A stretch of DNA of 30,505 bases from a virus (lineage: Duplodnaviria > Caudoviricetes). Every line of letters begins with the position of its first letter. Position 1 is the first letter of the stretch. Of this stretch, positions 17,101 to 26,688 are shown in pieces. A model generated the notes under the pieces. That model was given only the letters and a program-made list of their open reading frames with translations. It searched no databases and was not told the origin of the DNA. The position numbers and the translations under genes are program-made. The stretch covers positions 1 through 30,505 of IMG/VR virus record IMGVR_UViG_3300012953_000132; one strand, written 5' to 3'.

Positions 17101-20100
17101 TGTGCTATAATCATTTCGAAGATAAACTCTTCCATTGAAAGATGCTGTGGGAATGTCTAAATTACTTTCATCTTTTTCTTTACCTGGATTACCTCTTGGT
17201 GCATCAGTAAAGAAAATTTTCCTTCCAACAATATTATAATTACCTTTAAATCTTTTCACAGTCACACCATCATTATGTGTGGTTTGTGGACTACCAACAG
17301 ATGCTCTTTCAACCTCAATTGTATTGAATGTTCCAGCAGTTCCTACAGGAGATCCACTTGTTGTTCCAAATCCAACATTTGTTACCTGAACAAATTCATT
17401 TTCTATTTTTAAAATATCATTTACAGATATTGTACTTATTCCACTTAGGTTAATAATAGTTGTTGTCAATCCAACCTGTGCACCTACGTTATTTTTTAAA
17501 GTATGTTCTACATCAGTTTCAATTAAAGGATACTGTGTCAAATCATCAATCGCAATTAAAGACTTTTCATTGCTCTTTGCCATTGAAAACTCATGAGCAT
17601 TTCCTTCACCAACCCCCATAAATGTAACTGCTGTTCCTGCTCTTGTAGTTGATATGAAGAAAGAATTGTTAGTTACTGTTTTTGCAAAAACCGTTGTTGG
17701 TAATGAGTCAACAATAGAACCATTTTTAAATTGCATTGGTGTTGAACCTATACCAATAAATGTAGATGCTGGTGTGTACACTAATTGTTCATTTTCTCTA
17801 AAGAAGTGATTTTCGATAGTAAACTTACCAGTTGTTAAATTGAGTATAGATGCACTTGTAGGATTAAATGTCTTTCCAAAAATTGTTGTTGAATTATTAT
17901 TCAATATAAATTCTTTTCTATTAACTCTATTACCACCAACTGCATTATATTCTTTAACTTCATTACTTTCTAATATACCACCATAATTTAAATTATTTGG
18001 AGTATTAACTTTATCTAATGCAGTATAGAAAGCATGATTTAATGAAATGACTGTAGATATTCCACTTGAACTATCAGGATGAAACTGAAGTTTAAATTTA
18101 CTTGCAGAGTAAGAAGCACTAAATGTACCTAAACCTGATGAAGGATCGTATTCAGAATTGGAATTTTTAGTAACTGATAAAGATCCAGTCTCCTGAACAA
18201 AAGCATTTGTTCCATCATGAATAGATAAAACTTCATGTATTGCCTTTGAAGACCCTATACTAACTTCTACAATTGATTTTACCGAATTGAATAATTGTGA
18301 ATCAAAATCAAGAATAGTAGATACTCCAACATTAACTGTAGAGAATCCAGAGTATGTTGTAGTCCTTTCACTTCCATCTTGTTGACCAGAAGATTTAAAT
18401 CTATAAATTTCATCAGCAACTCCAATCGTACCAATACCAACAATTTTTGATTTTAATCGAACATTATTAGATCCATTATTCTCAAAACTAATAACTAAAT
18501 TGCTTCCTGATATACCAGAGGTAATAATTCCAATTTGATTTAAAGATAATTGACCATCATCTGTATTAAAATATGCTTGTGAAAGAAATGTATCAGTATT
18601 TGAATGTGAAACAAAATTTTCTACTAAATTCATTTCATTTGTTGTAAGATCTATTACATGAACTGTTGCATGTAAAGATTCAAATTTATTAATTGGAACA
18701 GAAATTATATTAGTTGTGATTCCTGCAGCACAGGTTTTAATAACAGAACTTAAATTTATAGGTCCTATTGATGATGTTCCTATTCCTGTCGAAGATGTGG
18801 TAAATTTAGATGAAGATATTTTTAAATCATAATCTACTGTAACAGCATCTTTTGTTGGAGTAAATCTAAATGTAGTTTTTGATGATATTGGATCTGTTTT
18901 TAAACTAAAATCAACAAAATTATTAATTTCCGATCCAGTAAATCCAGCACCAGAATTAATTAAATTTGATTTTTCTAAAATTAAATTTTTAGTGCCATTA
19001 CTCAATAATATAAAATCTGAAAATTGAAGTTCATTAGTGCCAGATGCTGCAGTGCTACTTGTCCTAATTAATAAATTATTGAATAATTCATTTGAATTAA
19101 ATTCAAATAAATCTATAAAAGTGTCAGGATTACCATCTAAGTTAGAAAATTGTCTGTTTATGTCATCAATGGTAAGGACATCATTAGTATTACAACTTAT
19201 ATAACTGGATAGTTTTATATTATCAAAAGATATAAATCTACTTACATTATTGACAACATCAATATCTCTTGCTGTATCGAGAATTATTTCATCAACTCTC
19301 CTTTCATCAAATAAATCTACTATTACATCCACATTGTCTGATGCCCCAATACCTGCACTTGTTGTGGAAGTAACTCCAGTATCGGCAAAATTTTTCATGC
19401 CACTTGTATGTAAAATATTATTAACTGTTGTTCTTAACTTTCTCCATTCTATAGGACTCTGTATAGAGTATGACATATTTTGATAATAGTCATTATCAGC
19501 AATTACTTGAAAGTCTTCATTTAATTTTCCTATACTATCATTCCAACCTAAATCTTTAAGAATTGAAAAATCAGTTTTTAATCTTCCTTTATTTTGGGTA
19601 ACTTTTGATACTTCAGCTTTGATTCCTGAATTGGTTCCTGCTATGATATCTCCAGTTTTTACATCTTTCTTTCCAAATAATTTTAATTTTCCATTATTTA
19701 AACTAATAACTTCCAAATCTGTAGATAATCCATTAACAGTTAATTTTTCATCTTTTTCAAATGAAGATTGATTTTGAGTTACAAAAAATTCGGGATAATC
19801 ACCCCTATTAATTACATTTGCAAATGTTGAAACAGTAGTTTTTGCTACTCCTGTACCAGTAGAGGTAAATTCGGATACATCAATAGTTACCTCTGCAAAA
19901 CCACTAACGTTTCCATTGAAACCACTAACTCTTAATAACTTATAACCATAATCTTTAGAGTTAAATCCTGAACCAACTCCAGTCACTTTTTCAATTCCTT
20001 CAATAAAGACTCTATCATTAATTGCAAAAGGATCCACTGGGAACGTTGGTGTTGGTGTTGTTAACTTACATGTAAATGCTGTTCCTACACTATTAGATTT

Positions 20101-23100
20101 AACTTCTAATATTGCAATACCATTAGTATTATTGACAGTTCTTAAAGTCACTGTATCTTGTGGCAATCCTATGGGAACTTCATTAATATTAACTGTTGAA
20201 ATACTATTCTCCGACATTACAGGTTCTAAAAATCCACTATCTATTTTTTCACCTGTTAATGAATTAACAACAATAATATTTGGTGGTGATATATAATCGG
20301 ATCCACCATTTGTTACACTGACTATACCTAAAACACTTGAATTTGTTGTTTCTACGGTAGATGCTATAAGACTTTCTGGTTCTAATGTTTTATCTGATGA
20401 ATATTCAAATCCCTCATTAATAATTCTTACTGTTTCAACAGAACCGATAGAATTTGAAGTTGGTACGATTAAAGCATCTCTACCTATAGAACTTCCAGCT
20501 ATACCAACAAAATTAGGAAGTTTTTTATAATTTGATCCACCTGAAATAAGATTAATCTTTTCAATTTTTCCTGAAGTTGTTTTTGAATTTGTAGTATAAC
20601 TTAAAGTATTACATTCTAGAGGTGTATAAGATAACTTTTCAGGTATACTTTTTAAAAATACTTCAAAAGAAGTATCATCAACTTTAGTTATCCTGTATGA
20701 ATCATCATATTTACTATTAACAAAAGATATTTCTGATGGGTTTTTTACTTCAGTATCGGTTGTGCTAATATTTCCACTATTCTCCAAATTATAATACAAA
20801 ACTTGAGGTAAACTATTTCCATATCCTATGGTTAATGCACTTCCAACTTTTACCACATTAAAGTTAGATGTTTTACTATCAGATATAAATTCATTTTTAT
20901 ATTCACTATCATGGTATAATTTAAAGTCATATCCAGATAATGAAGAATCTGAAACATCAAATACTAAATTATTATTTCTTACAGAAATTATTTGAGGATT
21001 TATAAGAGATATTGATTGTGTTAAACCACCAGTTGAACCTATACCAGTAATATTAGGAATATCTTTTGATGCATCTATTAGAGTATCACATAATTTTATG
21101 TTATCATTATCAACTTTATATACAAAATAATTTTTATTATCTAATCCTTGCGGTAAAGTATCGGAAGTGTATTTAATTTTTTCTCCAGTTTCCAATCCAT
21201 GATTTTGCAAATTAATTGAATTGGAGTCTGTATTTATTCCCAATGAACTAAATCCAATTGGATTAAATAAAATATTACCAGTTAAAGAATCTCTAGAAAC
21301 TTTAACTGCAGTTGAGGTTCCAACACCAACATTCAGACTCGGTTTAACTGTTAAAATAATTCTATCATTAGTTTCTAGACCATGAGAAGTTGAAATACTA
21401 ACAGTTGTTTTTATTTTATCAACAGTTCCTTTTACTTGATCAAAATCAGTTTCAAAAGAAAATAAATCGTTATCACCGTTAGTTAAGGATATGAAATAAA
21501 CTTCATTAAATTGACTTCCTCTTCCAGTCTTAATACCAATTGAATTTAAATTTTTATTGACAACATATAAAGTTTCAGGTAAGTTAAATGTAGTAGCAGG
21601 ATTATTATCTGTAGATATTGAAATATTTGTACCTGCAGGTTTTATAAAATTAATTTTTTGGTTTGTTTTTAATTGATGATTCTCAATATAAATTTGTTTT
21701 GTTGGAAGATTTCTGGATAAAGTTTTTTCTGCAAATGCAAACGAAACACTAGTCTCTGTTCCATCAATTGTACCTAAACCAACTGCTTGTGATGCATTGA
21801 AGAATATTTTCTTATTATTTGATGATTCAAATTTATTGACAGTTTTATCAAATGTAAATGAATTTGATATAAATTTAACATTTGAACCTTTAGGATGAAT
21901 AGTGGCAAAGGCAGATCCTGATGTTCTTTGAATAGTAAGAATATTTAAATTCCTGTATATGTTTAATACCTTTAAAGTTTCTGTTCCAATACCAACACTA
22001 CTTCCAACAGAAACAGACGATGGAATATTTGCAACAAATATTTCTGTGGTGAATCCTGCAGTTGGTGCTGCAGTAACTGTTGAAATTGTAGTTGTTGAAA
22101 ACGTAGTAATACCAACAGTAAAGGTATTATTTAATGATGATATGTCTGTACTTAATCCTGAAATATTAACAGAATCACCTGGATTTAAATTATGATTAAT
22201 TGGAGTTTTTACATTTATTTTGTTTTCAGACCATGTTAAAACAGAATTTTCAATTTTTTCAACAGTTGTATTTAAATTTGATATTGCTTTACCACCAATT
22301 TCTGATACAGTAGATACTAAACCATCACCATTAGTGTCTGTATTATCAAATTCTAAGTTTTCTCCGATTTTATAATCAGATCCACCAAATAAAATGTCAA
22401 ATCCTTTAACAGAACCAGATGATACTGAATTTAATTCTATTTTTTGATCTTGAATTTCATTCGTTTCAACTAAAAAATCATTATTTGCAAAATCATCTGC
22501 TACTTTATATGGGAAAGTATTTCTTAATAAGTTATCTTTATTAAAATTAAAAGATGTTTGAGTATCACCTTTAACATTATAAGGTATTATTGCAGACCTA
22601 TAAGTATTTCCAATAAAGTATGGAAATGAAGGTTTATTATCTGAATCTATAACTGTAGCATGGTATGCATAAACACCATTTGGAAAATCTTCTGTTTTTT
22701 CAAATCTACCATTATGTTCATCTAAATCTCCACTATTATTAAAAACATAATCTTCAACAAAAAATCCATCATCAAAATTTGGTCTATCAACTAAATTTGA
22801 AGTATTAAGTTCATATCCCGATACCAATTTTCTCCTACCAATATCATTACTGGGAGAATTTGACGGATCAGCATAACCAAAAGGTCCGTAAATAGGATTT
22901 CCATCATATGCCCATCCTATAATTTTGGATACTTCATTTCCACTATCTTGAAATGGACTAGTAGAATAACCAGTAAAGGTATATTTTAATTTATTTTGAG
23001 ATTCTTCCAAATATTGAAAGTCATTTACATTATGTTTATTGAGAGTTAAAGATCTAACATTAGAATTAAAGAAATAATTTTTTCCTGCGGATTTTACTTT

Positions 23101-26100
23101 AATTAAAGTGTCTGTAGAGTATCCAATACCAGAATTAATAATAATAACATCAGATATTTTTTGATTTTCTAAAACAGGTCTTAATTTGGCACCCACACCC
23201 TTTCCTGTAGGATCTACAACCTCAAGATCAGGAACTGAAAAATACTCATTTCCACCAAATCCAATATTGATTTTATCAATTTGCCCATTATCGATTATAG
23301 GTTTTAACGATGCATTTTTACCATTTTGCAATGTTATAATCGGTTTTCGATGATTATTAATAATTGTTGATCCATATCCCGTACCATTTTCATACAAATA
23401 TAATTGTTGTATGCTTCCTCTAACTTTTGGAGTTATTTTAATTTCTGCTGTTGAAGTTGTTCCAACACCGACAGCATCAAATTCTACGAATACTTTTATA
23501 TCTGGATACTTGAATGTATGAAGTCCTGTTCCTATAGACTCTAAATTAGTTACTTTACGTCTATTAAAGTTTGAAGATATGGATCCTCCAACTCCTGCAT
23601 TACTTAAACTAAATGAATTATCATTATTTTTAATAATATAATAATTATTAGTTGTAGTCAATCCTGATATATTTCCACTATATTCAATTAAATCACCATC
23701 TTTAAATCCATGATCTATAAAGTTTACAGTATTATTTCCAGTAGAAATTCCAGTTGGTTTTACAAATAATTGACGGTTTGTATATCCACTACCCTGATCT
23801 ACAATGTTTATATCCAACAATGTATTTCGGAGTCCGACTTTAAAACTATGATTACCTAAACCAAAACTAGAATTAAAATTTATTTTATTTGAAGATGTTG
23901 AATAATCATTAAATGTTTCATATAGTTCTATTTTTCTGTCATTTAAAACTTTTGGATAATACACTGCTCCATTTATCAATCTATCAGTTCCTGTTCCAAC
24001 AATTTTAATACTTTCAGAAAAATTAGAATCATATATTATTTCTTCACCATTTATAAAATTATGTTCATCTAAAAATACTATTTCCTCAGTAGTGGTATTG
24101 ATACCACCTCCACTTGTTGAAGGAGAAGTATTGAAAAATTCATTCCTAAATCTTGTTCCTATAATTGGTTCTAATACACACCCAGAACCATTTCCCCCAG
24201 TAACACCTATTGAAACTACTCTATCAATATCAAAATTTTGCGGATCAACAAAAATATCTTCAACTTTTCCAGAAATTACTGGTTGAACTAAAGCAGTAGT
24301 TCCAACACCTGTTGATATGAGAATATTTGGTAAATTAATTACATCATAATTATCTCCACCATTTAAAACATCTACAGATGACAATGGTCCAAAATACATA
24401 TTATCATTTGACTTATAGTTTGTAATCTCAACACCATTAATTAACATACCTGTTTGTCCAACAGGTGTTAAATCATTATTTCCATTTTTTATATTCTGTT
24501 CTAGTGGGAATTTTTTAATTAATTTTTGTGCACCAATTTCAGATGATCTTTGAGAAAACAATACAAATTGATGTGTGCCATCATTTACACTTTTTGAAAA
24601 AGTTAAATTTTTACCATCATCTATACCCGAAGGTGAACCAAATAATTTTATTTTTTTCTTATTAGGTAAAACGTCAACATAATAAGATCCTGTTTCTAAA
24701 CCAACTAAAGCATCTCCACCAATAGGAGTATAAAATACTCGGTCACCAGTTAAAAATGGAACATCTTCCCCAAAAACTATAATCGTAGAATCTATTTGAT
24801 CATTTGTCGATCCTTCAAGAATTCCTTCACTTGGATCTGCTAAATTTAGAGTTGCAATTTTTCTACTTGCTGTTATTCTATTAAAATATTGAAAAGCATT
24901 GTCATTTACATCTACTGAATATGATGGTAAAGAGTTTGATGCCACATAAGCATCCTGATTTTCGATATAAACGTTTTGAACGTCTGATGTTAGTGTATTA
25001 TTACCATATTCAATCGGTGTTCCAGAACTATTTGGTTTGTTTAATTTTTTTCTTAACTTATACTTAGTTTGATCTTCAATAGTAGTTAAATCAGGTATTA
25101 GGCCATCACTTAAAGTAACTGTATTTGAGGTAATTTCATTAACATAGATCGTACCACTTGAAGGAACAATTGTATTTGATCCTCTATTAACAATTTCAAC
25201 AATATCACCTACTTTTAAACTTGATCTGTCTATTGAACTTCCTAAAGTAAAGACAGTACCAGTTTTACCTGTTATAAAATATGAAGAACTTGTATTATAA
25301 ATCCAAGAATTACAAAAAATTTCTTTATATGTTTGTTTATCATTTTTTACTTTATCTCCAATATTTTTTACAGAAATTATCTCACCTTCAGTAACATCTA
25401 TATTACCCTCTTGTTCAAATCTGGATAAAACTCCAGTAAGTCTTAAAACAACTTTTTTATCCGCATCCCCATCTTCAAATCCAAAATACGTAACATTTGA
25501 TCTTACATTTTGAATTGGTTTTATGGGTTCGGTAATACCTTTACAATTTAAAAATTGATTAACAGTTTTATCAGAATATGTTATTGTATTAATTCCTGAT
25601 ATGATTGTTCCCGTAGTTCCAAAACCAACAGTTGAATCGACAGTAATTACACTTGATCCTACTGCTATATTTTCTAAAGATTTGGAATTAGGTATTATAA
25701 TAAAATCTCCTTGAACATCCGAGGTTTCATCATATCCTACAAACAATCCAATTTTGTAGTAAGTTGAAATACCACTTAATCCAGAATCCACTCTTTCGAA
25801 TGGTTCAATTTCTGAAATTGATGCATTAATATTTTGATCTAAATCACTTCTAAAAAGTGTTTGACCAGTCAAACCCTTGAGTAAGTTTTGACCTTTTAAT
25901 TTAATTGGATTTCCAGATAATAACTCAGCTACGCATACCTGTCTTCTAATATAATTTGCTGATGATGGTTTAATTAATCTTTCTTCTAAATTTAAAATAT
26001 TTGGAGATAAACCATATAAAACATTAAATAAAATTCTAAATGATTCATTAGTTCCTTTTGTTTGATATAATGATCTTGCTTCTTTTATAAAGGTTCCAAC

Positions 26101-26688
26101 ATCTAAATTAGATTGAAAATCAATTCCTTCCAATCCAGGTAAAAAAGTTGTTTTAAATTTTTTATAAAATTCTTTTAAAAATAAGGAACTTAAGTTTTGA
26201 ACAGTAGATAAATTTCCATGCTCTGCTGCAGATGATGAGTTAAATACTAAGTCTTCTTTATTTGTATCTGAATGATAACTGGTAATACCACTAAAACCAC
26301 GTTCACAACCTGTAAAAGTATTAGTTGTAATTCCAGTATAAGTGATTATCTCATTATCAATCTTTAACAAACCATATTGATTTGGAAATCCCTTGGTGCT
26401 ATTAACTTGTATTGTTTCCGCACCAACAGTAGTAATACCAGATGTGGTAACACTATCGACTATAACTTCAGGTGTTAAATTATCAACATTTAAATATTTT
26501 TCTAAATTATCCGATATATCAGCAGGTCCACCTTGATACTCTTGAGAAGTATAATATTGCTTTAAAAAATCAACTACAATTGGAGTACCTTCAGTCGTAA
26601 GAGGACTTTCATCCCGAATGAATTCAGGAAGTTGATTTGATAATATATCCTGTATTTTTACTTTACTTACAATACCTGTCTGTATCAT
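14122..26688 (-). CDS. gp7: Giant baseplate wedge initiator (T4 gp7-like), multidomain
   Basis: 4188-aa uninterrupted ORF between gp6 and gp8. N-terminal QLPEFI...FLKQYY..QE and LYQTKGT.ESFRILF..LYG, and internal DNDYYQNMSYSIQS...W...V..ILHTSGMKNF, match cyanophage gp7-position proteins. It carries many inserted repeat domains. Confidence 0.85.
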   Translation of the reverse strand: MIQTGIVSKVKIQDILSNQLPEFIRDESPLTTEGTPIVVDFLKQYYTSQEYQGGPADISDNLEKYLNVDNLTPEVIVDSVTTSGITTVGAETIQVNSTKGFPNQYGLLKIDNEIITYTGITTNTFTGCERGFSGITSYHSDTNKEDLVFNSSSAAEHGNLSTVQNLSSLFLKEFYKKFKTTFLPGLEGIDFQSNLDVGTFIKEARSLYQTKGTNESFRILFNVLYGLSPNILNLEERLIKPSSANYIRRQVCVAELLSGNPIKLKGQNLLKGLTGQTLFRSDLDQNINASISEIEPFERVDSGLSGISTYYKIGLFVGYDETSDVQGDFIIIPNSKSLENIAVGSSVITVDSTVGFGTTGTIISGINTITYSDKTVNQFLNCKGITEPIKPIQNVRSNVTYFGFEDGDADKKVVLRLTGVLSRFEQEGNIDVTEGEIISVKNIGDKVKNDKQTYKEIFCNSWIYNTSSSYFITGKTGTVFTLGSSIDRSSLKVGDIVEIVNRGSNTIVPSSGTIYVNEITSNTVTLSDGLIPDLTTIEDQTKYKLRKKLNKPNSSGTPIEYGNNTLTSDVQNVYIENQDAYVASNSLPSYSVDVNDNAFQYFNRITASRKIATLNLADPSEGILEGSTNDQIDSTIIVFGEDVPFLTGDRVFYTPIGGDALVGLETGSYYVDVLPNKKKIKLFGSPSGIDDGKNLTFSKSVNDGTHQFVLFSQRSSEIGAQKLIKKFPLEQNIKNGNNDLTPVGQTGMLINGVEITNYKSNDNMYFGPLSSVDVLNGGDNYDVINLPNILISTGVGTTALVQPVISGKVEDIFVDPQNFDIDRVVSIGVTGGNGSGCVLEPIIGTRFRNEFFNTSPSTSGGGINTTTEEIVFLDEHNFINGEEIIYDSNFSESIKIVGTGTDRLINGAVYYPKVLNDRKIELYETFNDYSTSSNKINFNSSFGLGNHSFKVGLRNTLLDINIVDQGSGYTNRQLFVKPTGISTGNNTVNFIDHGFKDGDLIEYSGNISGLTTTNNYYIIKNNDNSFSLSNAGVGGSISSNFNRRKVTNLESIGTGLHTFKYPDIKVFVEFDAVGVGTTSTAEIKITPKVRGSIQQLYLYENGTGYGSTIINNHRKPIITLQNGKNASLKPIIDNGQIDKINIGFGGNEYFSVPDLEVVDPTGKGVGAKLRPVLENQKISDVIIINSGIGYSTDTLIKVKSAGKNYFFNSNVRSLTLNKHNVNDFQYLEESQNKLKYTFTGYSTSPFQDSGNEVSKIIGWAYDGNPIYGPFGYADPSNSPSNDIGRRKLVSGYELNTSNLVDRPNFDDGFFVEDYVFNNSGDLDEHNGRFEKTEDFPNGVYAYHATVIDSDNKPSFPYFIGNTYRSAIIPYNVKGDTQTSFNFNKDNLLRNTFPYKVADDFANNDFLVETNEIQDQKIELNSVSSGSVKGFDILFGGSDYKIGENLEFDNTDTNGDGLVSTVSEIGGKAISNLNTTVEKIENSVLTWSENKINVKTPINHNLNPGDSVNISGLSTDISSLNNTFTVGITTFSTTTISTVTAAPTAGFTTEIFVANIPSSVSVGSSVGIGTETLKVLNIYRNLNILTIQRTSGSAFATIHPKGSNVKFISNSFTFDKTVNKFESSNNKKIFFNASQAVGLGTIDGTETSVSFAFAEKTLSRNLPTKQIYIENHQLKTNQKINFIKPAGTNISISTDNNPATTFNLPETLYVVNKNLNSIGIKTGRGSQFNEVYFISLTNGDNDLFSFETDFDQVKGTVDKIKTTVSISTSHGLETNDRIILTVKPSLNVGVGTSTAVKVSRDSLTGNILFNPIGFSSLGINTDSNSINLQNHGLETGEKIKYTSDTLPQGLDNKNYFVYKVDNDNIKLCDTLIDASKDIPNITGIGSTGGLTQSISLINPQIISVRNNNLVFDVSDSSLSGYDFKLYHDSEYKNEFISDSKTSNFNVVKVGSALTIGYGNSLPQVLYYNLENSGNISTTDTEVKNPSEISFVNSKYDDSYRITKVDDTSFEVFLKSIPEKLSYTPLECNTLSYTTNSKTTSGKIEKINLISGGSNYKKLPNFVGIAGSSIGRDALIVPTSNSIGSVETVRIINEGFEYSSDKTLEPESLIASTVETTNSSVLGIVSVTNGGSDYISPPNIIVVNSLTGEKIDSGFLEPVMSENSISTVNINEVPIGLPQDTVTLRTVNNTNGIAILEVKSNSVGTAFTCKLTTPTPTFPVDPFAINDRVFIEGIEKVTGVGSGFNSKDYGYKLLRVSGFNGNVSGFAEVTIDVSEFTSTGTGVAKTTVSTFANVINRGDYPEFFVTQNQSSFEKDEKLTVNGLSTDLEVISLNNGKLKLFGKKDVKTGDIIAGTNSGIKAEVSKVTQNKGRLKTDFSILKDLGWNDSIGKLNEDFQVIADNDYYQNMSYSIQSPIEWRKLRTTVNNILHTSGMKNFADTGVTSTTSAGIGASDNVDVIVDLFDERRVDEIILDTARDIDVVNNVSRFISFDNIKLSSYISCNTNDVLTIDDINRQFSNLDGNPDTFIDLFEFNSNELFNNLLIRTSSTAASGTNELQFSDFILLSNGTKNLILEKSNLINSGAGFTGSEINNFVDFSLKTDPISSKTTFRFTPTKDAVTVDYDLKISSSKFTTSSTGIGTSSIGPINLSSVIKTCAAGITTNIISVPINKFESLHATVHVIDLTTNEMNLVENFVSHSNTDTFLSQAYFNTDDGQLSLNQIGIITSGISGSNLVISFENNGSNNVRLKSKIVGIGTIGVADEIYRFKSSGQQDGSERTTTYSGFSTVNVGVSTILDFDSQLFNSVKSIVEVSIGSSKAIHEVLSIHDGTNAFVQETGSLSVTKNSNSEYDPSSGLGTFSASYSASKFKLQFHPDSSSGISTVISLNHAFYTALDKVNTPNNLNYGGILESNEVKEYNAVGGNRVNRKEFILNNNSTTIFGKTFNPTSASILNLTTGKFTIENHFFRENEQLVYTPASTFIGIGSTPMQFKNGSIVDSLPTTVFAKTVTNNSFFISTTRAGTAVTFMGVGEGNAHEFSMAKSNEKSLIAIDDLTQYPLIETDVEHTLKNNVGAQVGLTTTIINLSGISTISVNDILKIENEFVQVTNVGFGTTSGSPVGTAGTFNTIEVERASVGSPQTTHNDGVTVKRFKGNYNIVGRKIFFTDAPRGNPGKEKDESNLDIPTASFNGRVYLRNDYSTNEIFDDISDQFTGITTTFTLKVGGANTVGLGTDGGSGILFVNGIFQSPSTDNNPDKNFKIIESGSGATGVTSVFFTGITSSDGNPFISNNNINTNELPRGGVPISLGSTITGLGYAPLVGAKVKALIGTGGTITSIVGVAYTGSALGIVTATYNNVTGIITFQTVNEHRFTNSNEVAILDSLQFNPSITLSGSQFPVVSIAATNIFGLNIGKRNTSHVYVGSGNVSPYFSNLTFGSGYNGRVGIAVTVMDLGYEHRFVDADINAIDRNVGSDITPTNATYDPVTGILVLTVNNHGMSTNDLVGIKTGSIRFTCERDNFKTVHPYPRSTDPVAGINTTITKLDNNLFSVFVGENVGTGAQVTATAGVGGTAIFTVGAAGTNYKDPRVFVSEPSYANLPVTGVSRLSIGSTTETGSNLTVTAVVSASATTGIGSTLFEVSKYETVNSGYGFKKGDVIEAVGLVTAKGMGAFSPKSTLEVNEIYNDSFAMWQFGEFDYIDSIKSLQDGITTRFPLNFNNSLISVEAAGTLLSNVRLENIFLVTVNGIIQDPSKAYNLVGGTSINFSEAPIPEDDISIMFYRGTGGQDSIVVDGQKTNIETGDEVRLESTVPTIGGFQIEAQNNRTVTGIVTSTALETNIYQEQGINETISRPLILIKQKNDKTINKVIVSKKRKDLEPRIIPIAKIISDVTTSNIDFFVDNADLFNYEDESTVIINASITNLNKTDSVNASATTTVSSGTVSGITITNVGSGYASTPTVSISAPPRIGVGVGTTATATATISNGQISSINVTNIGLGYTIAPQVLIESPIESSTFENLTTSGLTIQENTGLITGIGTTVFSSKLGVKFTIKRDGATFTPLGIGTPFYVYDTRVGSGLTSLSVSGVDAHSVGIGTTFVDNVYTIASFQDLGAGVGVVTCLIKSNTLTTGITSTGSATVPVGKYSIARIRNFSRSSSPISIGVTGLTVDAGLTTFPSLKRTGGADTFEKTGGLTTPT

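Noticed and set aside
5081-26688. Intein, intron, diversity-generating retroelement or stop-codon recoding as an explanation for the giant ORFs
   Set aside because: I see no intein splice motifs, no LAGLIDADG/HNH/GIY-YIG or RT motifs, and no long near-identical DNA repeat pair. All genes are full length under the standard code, and the size is explained by repeated structural modules.
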